DNA from: Bacteroides sp.
GTDB lineage: Bacteria > Bacteroidota > Bacteroidia > G022818785
NCBI GenBank assembly: GCA_022818785.1
Contig: CP063811.1
Location: 325,158-356,233 of the forward strand
DNA: 31,076 nucleotides
Direction of reading: 5' to 3'
Part shown: positions 19,267 to 30,419 of the stretch, one piece after another
How positions within the stretch are numbered: the first letter of the stretch is position 1
Layout of the letters: each line of letters begins with the position of its first letter
Program-made: the position numbers and the translations under genes
Notes under the pieces: generated by a model
The model's database searches: none
What the model was told of the DNA's origin: nothing
Seen by the model: the letters and a program-made list of their open reading frames with translations, nothing else

Positions 19267-19277
19267 ATATTGATGTT

Positions 19278-20327
19278 TTAAGATTTTTTATTGTATCTTA
19301 ATTTTCTAACTGTAATACCAGCTTGCCATAATTCACTATTTTCCATTTCCTTTAACTCAGAGTTTAATCTATTTCTGTATTGAGAATTAGAATTAGCATT
19401 TATAACATTTCTTGCTTCTGTGCCATTTTTAACACTTTCATATAATTTTTCAAATACTGGTTTAGTAGCTTTTTTAAATTCAGGTTTCCAATCTAAAGCT
19501 CCCCTTTGAGCAGTAGTAGAACAATTAGCATACATCCAACTCATACCCTTATCAGATATTAAGGGCATTAAACTTTGAGTAAATTCCTCTACAGTTTCAT
19601 TAAAAGCCTCGCTAGGGCTGTGTCCATTTTCTCTTAAGACATCATATTGAGCTTCAAATATACCTGCTATAGCACCTAATAAAGTTCCTCTTTCGCCTGT
19701 TAAATCACTATAAACTTCTTTTTTAAAAGTAGTATAAAATAGACTAGCAGCTCCTATACCAATACCCATAGATAAAACTTTATCTAAAGCCTTTCCAGAA
19801 AAATCTTGATAAATAGCATAACTAGAATTTAATCCTTGTCCTTTTAAATATAAATTTCTTAAACTAGTACCTGATCCTTTTGGAGCAACTAATATAACAT
19901 CAATATTTTTAGGAGGTATTATACCTGTTTGATTTTTATATGTTATCCCAAATCCATGTGAAAAATATAATGTTTTTCCTTTTGTTAATTTATCACTAAC
20001 TATGTTCCACATCTGTATTTGTCCAGCATCAGATAGTAAATAACAAATAATAGTACCTCTATCTAAAGCTTCTTCAATAGAAAAAAGATTTTTATTTTCT
20101 ATCCAACCATCATTTTTAGCTTTATTCCAAGTATCAGAAGATTTTCTCTGTCCAACAATAACATTAAAACCATTATCTCTTAAATTTAAAGCTTGACCTG
20201 GACCTTGAATACCATATCCTATCACTGCTATAACTTCATCTTTTAAAACTGATAAAGCCTTATTAAGGCTATATTCTTTACTAGTAATAATATCTTCTAT
20301 TATTCCTCCAAAATTCATTTTAACCAT
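19278..20327 (-). CDS. ilvC: ketol-acid reductoisomerase (Bacteroidota type)
   Basis: IGYGIQGPGQALNLRD, LSDAGQ, FSHGF, VAPKGSG, SDLTGERG.L.G, EAFNETVEE, CSTTAQRGA. Confidence 0.97.
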   Translation of the reverse strand: MVKMNFGGIIEDIITSKEYSLNKALSVLKDEVIAVIGYGIQGPGQALNLRDNGFNVIVGQRKSSDTWNKAKNDGWIENKNLFSIEEALDRGTIICYLLSDAGQIQMWNIVSDKLTKGKTLYFSHGFGITYKNQTGIIPPKNIDVILVAPKGSGTSLRNLYLKGQGLNSSYAIYQDFSGKALDKVLSMGIGIGAASLFYTTFKKEVYSDLTGERGTLLGAIAGIFEAQYDVLRENGHSPSEAFNETVEEFTQSLMPLISDKGMSWMYANCSTTAQRGALDWKPEFKKATKPVFEKLYESVKNGTEARNVINANSNSQYRNRLNSELKEMENSELWQAGITVRKLRYNKKS

Positions 20328-20400
20328 AACTATACTTTTATAAAAAATTAAAAAGAAACATTAAATATAAATATAACATTTTTTTATTATTAAAGAATTA

Positions 20401-20868
20401 TTATACTACCATTGCTTTATAATAAAAATCTTTTAAAAGTTTTATTTTATCCAAAATTATATTACAAGAATCTTTATCAAAAGATAATATAAAAATAACA
20501 TATTCATTATTTTCATTAATTAATTTATAGTATATGTTATATTGTTCTATATAATCATGAATATATTTCTTTTTAGAAGTAATTTTATATTTGCATATTA
20601 CTAATACTTTATTATGAAAAAAAATATATTCAAAATAAAATGCATTTATAACATCAAAAATATTAATAATATTATTTTTAATAATATTAATATTATTAGC
20701 ATAAGTATTAAAAATAATATAAATAGTAACATAATTATCATAATAATGATTATGCATTTTAATATCTTCTATTAATATTCTTCTTTTATTCAAAAAACAT
20801 AATATTCTATTAATAATTCCTAATTCATTTTTGAAATGAATAAACATTATATATTTTTTTGTATTCAT
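20401..20868 (-). CDS. ilvN: acetolactate synthase small (regulatory) subunit, strongly diverged
   Basis: N-terminal ACT-like KNELGIINRI...KRRILIEDI; position between ilvB and ilvC. Confidence 0.75.
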   Translation of the reverse strand: MNTKKYIMFIHFKNELGIINRILCFLNKRRILIEDIKMHNHYYDNYVTIYIIFNTYANNINIIKNNIINIFDVINAFYFEYIFFHNKVLVICKYKITSKKKYIHDYIEQYNIYYKLINENNEYVIFILSFDKDSCNIILDKIKLLKDFYYKAMVV

Positions 20869-20883
20869 AATAAAATTGATTTA

Positions 20884-22587
20884 TTATTTTAATCTTATAT
20901 CTGATACTGATGATCCAGTAGGAACCATTGGAAAAACATTTAATTCTTTACCAACAAATATTGTTAATAAAAAAGCTTCTTTGGAATTAATCATTTTATC
21001 TAATGCATTACTTAAATTATGTCTTTCTTTTACTAAAAGATTTTTAATATTAAATCCATCTGCAATTTTACAAAAATCAGGATTTTGCATAGAAACAAAA
21101 GAATATCTTTTTTCAAAAAACAATTGCTGCCACTGCCTAACCATTCCTAAATATTGATTGTTTAATATTATTATTTTAATTGGTAATTTATACTGGCTTA
21201 TGGTACCTAATTCTTGCATAGTCATTTGAAATCCACCGTCTCCAACAATTACAATCACTTGTTGATTAGGAGATCCAATTTGTACTCCTAAAGATGCAGG
21301 TATAGCAAATCCCATAGTTCCTAAACCTCCTGAAGTTATATAAGAATTATTATTTAAATATTTATAATATCTAGCAGCATACATTTGATGTTGCCCTACG
21401 TCGGCAACTATAATTGCATTACCTTTTGTTTTTATTGATAACATATTAATAACTTCTCCCATAGATATATCTCCATTTTGAGGATTTATATCACTATCTA
21501 TAACATGTTTTTTTTCTTCTTTATCTAGAGTTTTAAATTTATTAATCCATTGTATATGATCTTTTTTAGCTACTAAAGGTAATAACATATTAATAATATT
21601 AAATGCATCTCCTACAATATAATCATGAGTATTTTTGATAACCTTTTTTATTTCAGATTCATTTATATCTATATGTATAATTTTAGCATTTTTAGCAAAA
21701 TAATTCACATTTCCAGTTACTCTATCATCAAATCTCATCCCTATACCTATTATCAAATCAGCTTCCTGTATCATTTTATTTGTAGAATAGTTACCATGCA
21801 TGCCCAACATTCCTACATATTTAGGATGATCATGCGGAAATGCCGATAATCCCAACAATGTAACTGCAACAGGTATTCCTGTTTTGTCAATAAATTTTTT
21901 TAAAACATTTTGTGCTTTTGATATTAAAATTCCATTTCCTGCTAATAAATAAGGTCTTTGTGCATTGTTTATTTCATTAGCTATATTAAATATATTATCA
22001 TGTTTGATTTTTTTATTAATATTTTTAATATTATGATAATATTTTTTATAATGGCTAAATTTATTATTTAAAATACTTAATTGAGCATTTTTAGTAATAT
22101 CTATTAACACAGGCCCAGGTTTACCATTAGATGTTATAAAAAATGCTTTTGATAAAATATAAGGTATTTCATTTGCATCGACTATTTGATAATTCCATTT
22201 TGTAATAGGAAGAGTCATGCTTATTATATCAGCTTCTTGAAAAGCATCTGTACCTAATAAACTTTCATTAACTTGGCCTGTAATACAAATTAATGGCGTG
22301 GAATCCATCATAGCATCAGCAATTCCAGTCATTAAATTTATTGCTCCTGGTCCTGAAGTAGCAATACAAACCCCTGCATTTTGAGTAATTCTTGCATATC
22401 CTTGAGCCGCATGCACTGCTCCTTGTTCATGTCTTACTAGAATATGATTAATAAGTTTTTGATACTTATATAAAGCATCATACAAAGGCATTATAGCGCC
22501 TCCTGGATATCCAAATATTGTATTTACCCCTTCATTTAAAAGAGATTTTACAATTGCTTCAGATCCATTTATATTTGAATCAATCAT
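20884..22587 (-). CDS. ilvB: acetolactate synthase large subunit, biosynthetic type
   Basis: FGYPGGAIMP, RHEQGA, TSGPGA, DVGQHQM, SGGLGTMGF, GDGGFQM (TPP), LGMVRQWQ. Confidence 0.97.
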   Translation of the reverse strand: MIDSNINGSEAIVKSLLNEGVNTIFGYPGGAIMPLYDALYKYQKLINHILVRHEQGAVHAAQGYARITQNAGVCIATSGPGAINLMTGIADAMMDSTPLICITGQVNESLLGTDAFQEADIISMTLPITKWNYQIVDANEIPYILSKAFFITSNGKPGPVLIDITKNAQLSILNNKFSHYKKYYHNIKNINKKIKHDNIFNIANEINNAQRPYLLAGNGILISKAQNVLKKFIDKTGIPVAVTLLGLSAFPHDHPKYVGMLGMHGNYSTNKMIQEADLIIGIGMRFDDRVTGNVNYFAKNAKIIHIDINESEIKKVIKNTHDYIVGDAFNIINMLLPLVAKKDHIQWINKFKTLDKEEKKHVIDSDINPQNGDISMGEVINMLSIKTKGNAIIVADVGQHQMYAARYYKYLNNNSYITSGGLGTMGFAIPASLGVQIGSPNQQVIVIVGDGGFQMTMQELGTISQYKLPIKIIILNNQYLGMVRQWQQLFFEKRYSFVSMQNPDFCKIADGFNIKNLLVKERHNLSNALDKMINSKEAFLLTIFVGKELNVFPMVPTGSSVSDIRLK

Positions 22588-22613
22588 TTAAAATAATAAT
22601 ATTAAAAATAAAT

Positions 22614-24296
22614 TTAAAATACATCTGTAACACATCCATTAGATGCAGATGAAACATTATTTATATATTTTCTTAAAATACCTTTTTTAATTTTTATCTC
22701 AGGTTTTATCCATGTTTTTTTTCGATTTTCAATTTCTTGTTCTGTTAAATCGACATTTAATGAATTGTTAATAGCATCAATAGTTATTTGATCACCATCT
22801 TTTAATAAAGATATTAATCCTCCTTCTTGAGCTTCAGGTGTAATATGTCCTACCACAAATCCATGAGTTCCTCCTGAGAATCTTCCATCTGTTATTAGTG
22901 CCACACTATTACCCAAGCCTGCACCTATAACAGCTGCAGTTGCTTTTAGCATTTCAGGCATACCAGGACCTCCCTTAGGTCCACAATATCTAATTACTAT
23001 GACAGATCCTTTTTTAATTAATTTATTTTTTACTGCATCTATCATATTATCTTCATTGTCAAAAACATGAGCTTTACCTGAAAAAAAATTACCTTCATGT
23101 CCTGTTATTTTTGCCACAGAACCTTTAGGAGAGATATTACCATATAAAATTTGTATATGTCCATTTTTTTTAATAGGATTTTCAAAAGGAAATATAATAT
23201 TCTGATTTTTTGGAATAGGCTTGACATCACATAAATTTTCTTTTACAGTTTTACCTGTTACTGTTAAACATTCATCATGAATTAATCCGTATTGTAATAA
23301 TGTTTTCATTAAAGAAGGTATGCCTCCAATATTATGAATATCTTCCATTAAATATTTGCCACTAGGTCTAAAATTGCCCAAATATGGAGTTTTATTGCTA
23401 ATTCTTTGAAAATCTGCAATTGTAAAATTGATATTAGCAGATTTAGCTATTGCAATTATATGTAATACTGCATTAGTGGATCCTCCTAGGCTAATTAAAA
23501 CTGTAACAGCATTTTCTAATGATTTTTTTGTTATAATGTTACTAGGTTTAATATCATGCAATAATAAATATTTAATGTTTTTTGCAGCATTAATACATTC
23601 AATTTGTTTTCCAGAACTATTTGCTACATAAGAAGCACTATATGGCAAACTCATACCTAAAGCTTCACTTGCACTAGCCATGGTATTTGCCGTATACATC
23701 CCTCCACATGCTCCTGAGCCAGGGCAGGCATTTTTAATAATTCCATTATAAGTTTTATCATCAATTTTATTGGCAAATTTTTCTCCTAAAGCTTCAAAAG
23801 CAGAGGCAACATCTAATTTTTTATTGAGATATTTACCTGATTTAATAGTTCCTCCATATATCATAATCCCAGGCCTATTAAGCCTAGCCATAGCCATTAT
23901 AGAACCAGGCATATTTTTATCACATCCCATAATAGATATGATTCCATCATAAGCTTGTGCATTTGAAATAGTTTCTATAGAATCTGCAATTACATCTCTT
24001 GATGGTAAAGAATATCTCATTCCAGGAGTTCCCATAGATATACCATCACTTACACCTATAGTATTAAAAATAAATCCTATTAAATTTTCATTTAGCATAT
24101 TAAATTTTACTAATTTTGCTAAATTATTTAAATGCATATTACATGGATTTCCTTCATAACCAGCACTTGCAATACCAATAAATGGATTATTAAAATGTTC
24201 TTCTTTCATTCCAGTTGCATATAACATAGCTTTAGCACCAGGTAAATGAAGATTTTGTGTTATGATTTTGCTATATTTATTAATTATATTTGACAT
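22614..24296 (-). CDS. ilvD: dihydroxy-acid dehydratase
   Basis: [53 protein letters not shown]. Confidence 0.98.
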   Translation of the reverse strand: MSNIINKYSKIITQNLHLPGAKAMLYATGMKEEHFNNPFIGIASAGYEGNPCNMHLNNLAKLVKFNMLNENLIGFIFNTIGVSDGISMGTPGMRYSLPSRDVIADSIETISNAQAYDGIISIMGCDKNMPGSIMAMARLNRPGIMIYGGTIKSGKYLNKKLDVASAFEALGEKFANKIDDKTYNGIIKNACPGSGACGGMYTANTMASASEALGMSLPYSASYVANSSGKQIECINAAKNIKYLLLHDIKPSNIITKKSLENAVTVLISLGGSTNAVLHIIAIAKSANINFTIADFQRISNKTPYLGNFRPSGKYLMEDIHNIGGIPSLMKTLLQYGLIHDECLTVTGKTVKENLCDVKPIPKNQNIIFPFENPIKKNGHIQILYGNISPKGSVAKITGHEGNFFSGKAHVFDNEDNMIDAVKNKLIKKGSVIVIRYCGPKGGPGMPEMLKATAAVIGAGLGNSVALITDGRFSGGTHGFVVGHITPEAQEGGLISLLKDGDQITIDAINNSLNVDLTEQEIENRKKTWIKPEIKIKKGILRKYINNVSSASNGCVTDVF

Positions 24297-24404
24297 TATA
24301 TTTATTAATATTAAATTAACATTAATTAATACTAATATATAAATTTTGTTTAAAAAACAAAGATTTAAATATCTTTATATAGGAAATTAAAATTTGCAAA
24401 TTCC

Positions 24405-25652
24405 ATGTTCAAAATATATAAATATGTATTACCTAACGGATTAATAATAATATTTAATAAGGATAAATATTTAAAAAATAGTGCTGTTTTTAATATATTA
24501 TATAAAGTTGGTTCTAAAGATGAAAATTTTAATAAAACAGGCATTGCTCATTTATTTGAACATCTAATGTTTTGTGGTTCTAAAAATATTACAGATTATG
24601 ATCATATTGTTTCTAATATTGGAGGTATCAACAATGCATTTACTAGTCAGGATTATACTAATTATTATATTGAATTACCTAATAACAAAATCGAAACAGC
24701 ATTTTATACAGAATCAGATAGAATGTGTAATCTAAATATTACAAAAGATAAATTAGATATACAAAAAAAAGTTGTTATAGAAGAGTTTAAACAAATTTAT
24801 TTTGATAAACCTTATGGCTTATCAGACAGTATAATTTTAGATATGGCATATGATAAATATCAATCATATAAATGGAATGTTATAGGTAAAAATATTGATC
24901 ATATTTATTCTATATCTATTTTTGATATTAAAGAATGGTATAAAAAATATTATAATCCAAATAATGCTATAATTAGTATAGTAGGTAATTATGATATACA
25001 TTATATATATGAATTATCATATAAATGGTTCAATAAAATTGAAAATAATTTCTTTTCTAATAAAAAGGTTGTTAAAAAAAATATTAATAAAAAATTAAAC
25101 GTTGTTAAAAAACAATACTCTAAGATAATTAATAATACTGTATATAAAATATGGAACATAGATGAGAGATTATCTAAAAATTTTTACATGATGCATTTAT
25201 TTGCAGAATTATTATCTGGGGATAAATCATCTAAATTATATCAATCTTTAGTAATTAATAAAAATATGTTTTTAAATATAGATGCATATATAATAGAATC
25301 TATAGATTGTGGACTATTTGTGATTGAAGGGAAAATATATAATAATATTAAACTTGATCATGCTAATATTGTAATTTCAAATGAGATTATAAATATAATA
25401 AAAAATGGATTTAACAATTTTGAAATTAAAAAGGTTCAAAATCAAACAGAGTTAAGAATTTTATTTAATCAAATGAATATCATTGAAAGAGCTTTTGAAT
25501 TATCTTTGTTTGAAATGATGGGAAATTATGAATTATATAATAAAGAAATAGATAATTATAACCAAATAACGTCTGAAAATATTTGTGAATGTGCTAAAAA
25601 ATTTATAAAAGACAATAATTGTTCTACTTTATATTATATTAAAAATGAATAA
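24405..25652 (+). CDS. M16 family zinc metallopeptidase, catalytic subunit
   Basis: LPNGL, YKVGSKDE, TGIAHLFEHLMF (HxxEH), NAFT..D.TNYY, VVIEEF, YYNPNNA. Confidence 0.93.
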   Translation: MFKIYKYVLPNGLIIIFNKDKYLKNSAVFNILYKVGSKDENFNKTGIAHLFEHLMFCGSKNITDYDHIVSNIGGINNAFTSQDYTNYYIELPNNKIETAFYTESDRMCNLNITKDKLDIQKKVVIEEFKQIYFDKPYGLSDSIILDMAYDKYQSYKWNVIGKNIDHIYSISIFDIKEWYKKYYNPNNAIISIVGNYDIHYIYELSYKWFNKIENNFFSNKKVVKKNINKKLNVVKKQYSKIINNTVYKIWNIDERLSKNFYMMHLFAELLSGDKSSKLYQSLVINKNMFLNIDAYIIESIDCGLFVIEGKIYNNIKLDHANIVISNEIINIIKNGFNNFEIKKVQNQTELRILFNQMNIIERAFELSLFEMMGNYELYNKEIDNYNQITSENICECAKKFIKDNNCSTLYYIKNE

Positions 25653-26877
25653 TAAAATATTACTCCCCGAGCACTATCCATTACAAAATGGATCTAATAT
25701 TTTTGCTTTTTTTATTAATAATACTTCAATTACAAAAATTGATTTAATATTCTATAATTGTTATAATGATGGTAATACATTTTTAATTAATAAATGTCTA
25801 AAAGATTTAATTTTATTAGGATTTAAAAATCACAGTTCTACAGATATATATAGATTAATTAATTATTATGGAATAAATACATATATTGAAAATTATAAAG
25901 AATATATAATAATAACTTTTTATTTTATTGATCGATATATAAATAATGTATTATATATAATGAATATATTGTTATCAAGTGCTTCTTTCTTACAAAATGA
26001 TTTAAATAAATATAAATATCAAAGTATATATAATTTATATAATAAAGCTTTATATCCAGAATATCTATCAAAATTAAATAGGAAAAAAATTTTTTTTGGA
26101 AAAAAAACATTTTATGGTTATACAATACAATTAAAAGATATGATTAATTTATCGAGAAAAGATATATTTACATATTATGATAATATAATCAACAACAAAA
26201 ATTGTAATATAATAATTACTTCTAATGAAAATAATTACAATTTAGTCCAAAAATTGAAATTATTTTTTGAAAAAATATCATATGGAAATAATACTTTAAT
26301 CAAAAATTTAATATTTGATATTAATTCCGCACCAATAGACAAGTATCATATTAAAAATGATAATATTCAATCTATTTTATCAATGGGTAAAATTATTAAT
26401 ATTAATTATCTTCATGAAGACTATCCTAAACTAATATTTGTCAATACAATTTTAGGAGGATATTTTAATTCAAGATTGATGATGTCTTTAAGAGAAAAAA
26501 TGAAATACACATATGATATAACATCTAATTTGTACTCTTTTAAAAATTTTTCTACAATATTGATATATTGTTTTTTAAATAAACACTATACAAAAAAATC
26601 TATTGCAATTATTTATAATGAAATTAATAAAATCATTAATTCAAAAATATGCGATGAAGAATTAAATAAAGTAAAAAAATATATTTATAGTCAATATATT
26701 AATAGTTTAGATTATCCATTTAATTTTTCAAATTATTTTAAGAGATTTTTATCTATTAAGGATTACAATAAATACTATACTAATTTTGAGAATACAATTA
26801 ATGGGATAAAAAAAGAAGAAATACAAATTATAGCACAAAAATATCTGTATGGAAAATATTATGAAATAATAATTTAA
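25645..26877 (+). CDS. M16 family peptidase, non-catalytic partner subunit (diverged)
   Basis: NTILGGYFNSRLMMSLREK..YTY.I.S motif; lacks HxxEH; overlaps partner by 8 nt. Confidence 0.85.
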   Translation: MNNKILLPEHYPLQNGSNIFAFFINNTSITKIDLIFYNCYNDGNTFLINKCLKDLILLGFKNHSSTDIYRLINYYGINTYIENYKEYIIITFYFIDRYINNVLYIMNILLSSASFLQNDLNKYKYQSIYNLYNKALYPEYLSKLNRKKIFFGKKTFYGYTIQLKDMINLSRKDIFTYYDNIINNKNCNIIITSNENNYNLVQKLKLFFEKISYGNNTLIKNLIFDINSAPIDKYHIKNDNIQSILSMGKIININYLHEDYPKLIFVNTILGGYFNSRLMMSLREKMKYTYDITSNLYSFKNFSTILIYCFLNKHYTKKSIAIIYNEINKIINSKICDEELNKVKKYIYSQYINSLDYPFNFSNYFKRFLSIKDYNKYYTNFENTINGIKKEEIQIIAQKYLYGKYYEIII

Positions 26878-26881
26878 TTTC

Positions 26882-27619
26882 TTAGAAAGATGATTTAATA
26901 AAATCTTTATTTAAACTACTAATAACATCTAATGATATTTCTTTAGGACATTCTGCAGAACAAGCTCCAGTATTAGTGCAATGTCCAAAATTTTCTTTAT
27001 CCATTTGTTTCAACATAGATTTAATTCTTTTTTTTTCTTCTATTTTACCTTGTGGTAATTTAGAAAATTGATATATTTTAGCTCCTACAAATAACATAGC
27101 AGATGCATTTTTACATGCTGCTACACAAGCACCACAACCAATACAAGATGCAGCACTTAAAGATTCTTCAGCATCTTCTTTAGAAATTAAAATTTCATTT
27201 GCGTCTCTAGCGCTACCAGTATTAAGAGATACAAATCCTCCACTTGAAATTATACGATCTAAAGAAGATCGATCCACTATTAAATCTTTTATTACAGGAA
27301 ATGCTTTAGCTCTCCATGGCTCTACAACAATAGTTTGATTATCTGTAAATTCTCTCATGTGTAATTGACATGTAGTAACTCCATGTTTATTACCATGAGG
27401 ATATCCATTTATAAACATTGAACAAGCTCCACATATTCCTTCTCTACAATCATGATCAAATGCTATTGGATCTTCTTTTTGAGATATTAATTTTTCATTA
27501 AGCATATCAAACATTTCAAGAAAAGACATATTAGGATTAACATTGGATAATTTGTAGTTTACAAAACTGCCAACAACATTCATATTTTTTTGTCTCCAAA
27601 CTTTTAAATTTATATTCAT
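26882..27619 (-). CDS. sdhB: succinate dehydrogenase/fumarate reductase iron-sulfur subunit
   Basis: [44 protein letters not shown]. Confidence 0.97.
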   Translation of the reverse strand: MNINLKVWRQKNMNVVGSFVNYKLSNVNPNMSFLEMFDMLNEKLISQKEDPIAFDHDCREGICGACSMFINGYPHGNKHGVTTCQLHMREFTDNQTIVVEPWRAKAFPVIKDLIVDRSSLDRIISSGGFVSLNTGSARDANEILISKEDAEESLSAASCIGCGACVAACKNASAMLFVGAKIYQFSKLPQGKIEEKKRIKSMLKQMDKENFGHCTNTGACSAECPKEISLDVISSLNKDFIKSSF

Positions 27620-27624
27620 AATAA

Positions 27625-29604
27625 TTATTTATAACTTCTTTGAGAAATATTTACATCATTGTATGACAACTTTTCTTTATGTAAAATATGGGATTGATAC
27701 TTTTTCGAATATTCCCACACAGAAACATGACTAAAATTAATATCATCTCTCATAGGTTCATTATCTTTAGTTTGATATTCTACTCTAAAATGTCCACCAC
27801 ATGATTCATTTCTATTCAAAGCATCTTTGCACATAAGTTCAGACATATCAAAAAAATTTAACAAACGCATTGCTTTTTCAAGTTCTATATTTAAATTTTT
27901 GTCATTTTGATTTACAAAAACATTTTTATTAAAATCTTCTTTTAATATTTTAATTTCTTTAATAGCTTCTTCTAATCCTTCTTTACTTCTTGAAATAGAA
28001 CATTTGTTCCACATTATTTGACCTAATTTTTTATGAAAATAATTAACAGATTTAGATCCTTGAATATTAATAATACTATTAATAGTATTAATTACATCTA
28101 ATTCTGTTTCTTTAAAGACATCATCATTAATATCAACATGCTCTAAGTTTAAATGTTCAGATAAATATGATCCTATAGTATATGGTAATATAAAATATCC
28201 ATCTGCTAATCCTTGCATTAATGCAGATGCTCCCAATCTATTAGCACCATGATCAGAAAAATTACACTCTCCTATAGAATACAATCCCTTTATATTAGTC
28301 ATTAACTCATAATCTATCCACAATCCTCCCATTGTATAATGTACAGCAGGATATATCATCATTGGATTATTATATGGATCAACTCCAGTAATTTGTTTAT
28401 ACATTGAAAATAAATTACCATATTTATTTTTTATAACTTTTTTACCTAATTTATAATACAGATTATGATCACAATTTTTTAATTTGTTAATCTTACATTC
28501 AATTTTACCATATTTAATAATAGCATCTCTAAAATCTAAATAAACTGCCATTTTAGAACTACCTACGCCAAATCCTGCATCACATCTTTCTTTAGCAGCT
28601 CTTGCTGCTACATCCCTAGGAACTAAATTACCAAAAGCAGGGTATCTTCTTTCTAAATAATAATCTCTTTCATCTTCTGAAATTAAATTTGGATCCCTAT
28701 TATCATTATATTTTTTTGGAACCCATATACGTCCATCATTTCTCAATGATTCTGACATAAGTGTTAGTTTAGATTGGTAATTACCAGAAATAGGTATACA
28801 TGTTGGATGTATTTGAACAAAACAAGGATTAGCAAATAAAGCTCCTCTTTTATATGCTTGCCAAATAGCTGTAACATTACTATTCATTGCATTTGTTGAC
28901 AAATAAAACACATTACTATATCCTCCTGTTGCTAAAATAACAGCATGACCAAAATGTCTTTCCAATTTACCATTAATTAAATTTCTAGATATTATACCAA
29001 CAGATTTACCATTTTTAATAACTATATCCATCATTTCATGCCTACTATACAATTGTATTTTGCCTTTTGAAACTTGCCTCATTAAAGATCCATATGCTCC
29101 TAATAATAATTGTTGACCTGTTTGTCCAGCAGCATAAAACGTTCTTGATACTTGTACTCCTCCAAAAGATCTATTATTCAATAAGCCATTATACTCTCTA
29201 GCAAATGGTATTCCTTGTGCCACGCATTGATCTATAATATTACTACTTATTTCAGCTAATCTATATACGTTTGCTTCTCTAGATCTATAATCTCCTCCTT
29301 TGATAGTATCATAAAATAATCTATATATGCTATCACCATCATTTTGATAGTTTTTGGCAGCATTAATTCCTCCTTGTGCAGCTATAGAATGTGCTCTTCG
29401 AGGTGAATCCTGATAATAAAATATTTTTACATTATAACCTAATTCTGCTAAAGTTGCAGCAGCAGAAGAACCAGCTAATCCAGATCCTATGATAATAATT
29501 TCAAACTTCTTCTTATTATTTGGACTTACTAATCGAACTTTAGATTTATACTGTTCCCATTTATGTATTATGGGGCCATCTGGTATTTTAGAATTTAATA
29601 TCAT
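27625..29604 (-). CDS. sdhA: succinate dehydrogenase/fumarate reductase flavoprotein subunit (659 aa; start corrected to 29604)
   Basis: [11 protein letters not shown] start overlapping the sdhC stop (ATGA), [44 protein letters not shown]. Confidence 0.97.
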   Translation of the reverse strand: MILNSKIPDGPIIHKWEQYKSKVRLVSPNNKKKFEIIIIGSGLAGSSAAATLAELGYNVKIFYYQDSPRRAHSIAAQGGINAAKNYQNDGDSIYRLFYDTIKGGDYRSREANVYRLAEISSNIIDQCVAQGIPFAREYNGLLNNRSFGGVQVSRTFYAAGQTGQQLLLGAYGSLMRQVSKGKIQLYSRHEMMDIVIKNGKSVGIISRNLINGKLERHFGHAVILATGGYSNVFYLSTNAMNSNVTAIWQAYKRGALFANPCFVQIHPTCIPISGNYQSKLTLMSESLRNDGRIWVPKKYNDNRDPNLISEDERDYYLERRYPAFGNLVPRDVAARAAKERCDAGFGVGSSKMAVYLDFRDAIIKYGKIECKINKLKNCDHNLYYKLGKKVIKNKYGNLFSMYKQITGVDPYNNPMMIYPAVHYTMGGLWIDYELMTNIKGLYSIGECNFSDHGANRLGASALMQGLADGYFILPYTIGSYLSEHLNLEHVDINDDVFKETELDVINTINSIINIQGSKSVNYFHKKLGQIMWNKCSISRSKEGLEEAIKEIKILKEDFNKNVFVNQNDKNLNIELEKAMRLLNFFDMSELMCKDALNRNESCGGHFRVEYQTKDNEPMRDDINFSHVSVWEYSKKYQSHILHKEKLSYNDVNISQRSYK

Positions 29605-30392
29605 TTTGTAAAAAAATTCACTATATAAAAATAAATTGGTATTGATGCGAACCCTATTGGTATTAATAATCCAAAGAACAACCATCCAATAAGATGTATA
29701 ATATGGCCATATAAATTATTAATTTTTAAACCTAAGGTCATAAATGCGCTTTTAAAGCCATGTAACAAATGCAATGACATTGCAATCATAGATGCACCAT
29801 AAAAAATTACTAAAAATGGGTTTTTAAAAGTTTCTGAAACAACTCTATAAGAGTTTTTATATGTGTAAATTATTTCATAATTGTTGGATATATTTTGAAT
29901 CAAGTGTCCATTTTTATTCATTAATACAGGCAAAACATCTTCGTAAGAAGCTAAATAGCCACTTTGTATATCTCTAACATATTGTATATAGGGAATATTT
30001 CCAAATTTAAATTTCCACCAAAAATTGGCCATATGCACTACAATAAATATAAATATTATTGATCCAGCTATTCCCATATTTCTAGAAGAAATACTAATAT
30101 TATTCTTTTTTTGAATCAAATACTTAATTGGTCTAGATTTATAATTATTATAAGTTATATATCCTCCTATAATAGTATGATATAAAATAGCAAAATACAG
30201 TATCCAGCTAGATATTTTAATAAATACATTATTAGACATAAAATCAGAATATTGATTAAATGATAAACCTAAGTCATTATTAAAAAGCTTTAAATTACCT
30301 ATTAAATGAATAATTAAAAATAAACATAAAAACAATCCCATTAAAGAAAGACTAATTTTTCTACCTATAGAATAATTTAAAATAGTATTCAT
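29601..30392 (-). CDS. sdhC: succinate dehydrogenase cytochrome b subunit (single large anchor)
   Basis: [23 protein letters not shown]...G, HM..FW, HL.HGF.SAF.TLG; multiple TM helices with heme-ligand His residues. Confidence 0.95.
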   Translation of the reverse strand: MNTILNYSIGRKISLSLMGLFLCLFLIIHLIGNLKLFNNDLGLSFNQYSDFMSNNVFIKISSWILYFAILYHTIIGGYITYNNYKSRPIKYLIQKKNNISISSRNMGIAGSIIFIFIVVHMANFWWKFKFGNIPYIQYVRDIQSGYLASYEDVLPVLMNKNGHLIQNISNNYEIIYTYKNSYRVVSETFKNPFLVIFYGASMIAMSLHLLHGFKSAFMTLGLKINNLYGHIIHLIGWLFFGLLIPIGFASIPIYFYIVNFFTK

Positions 30393-30403
30393 AACATTTT
30401 ATT

Positions 30404-30411
30404 CAAAAATA
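30404..30411 (-). promoter_or_regulatory. putative -7 box (TATTTTTG on minus strand) for sdhCAB
   Basis: TAnnTTTG match in the 27-nt lgt-sdhC spacer, 11 nt from the sdhC ATG. Confidence 0.35.
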
Positions 30412-30419
30412 ATTATTTT

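Noticed and set aside
4538-26125. Short antisense ORFs (4538-4735, 5131-5409, 5737-5988, 8618-8929, 9293-9517, 10803-10991, 17375-17683, 20876-21157, 21625-21849, 23428-23631, 23770-23952, 25925-26125)
   Set aside because: All lie opposite well-supported genes and have no motifs; they are shadow frames
14200-29603. UGA-to-Trp recoding as in some AT-rich symbionts
   Set aside because: TGA is used as the stop at the expected ends of aroQ, rplS and sdhC, conserved Trp residues use TGG, and long genes translate uninterrupted under code 11
29605-29685. 27-aa N-terminal extension of SdhA in the ORF track
   Set aside because: Lies inside sdhC; the conserved start is MILNSKIP at 29604 with an ATGA overlap
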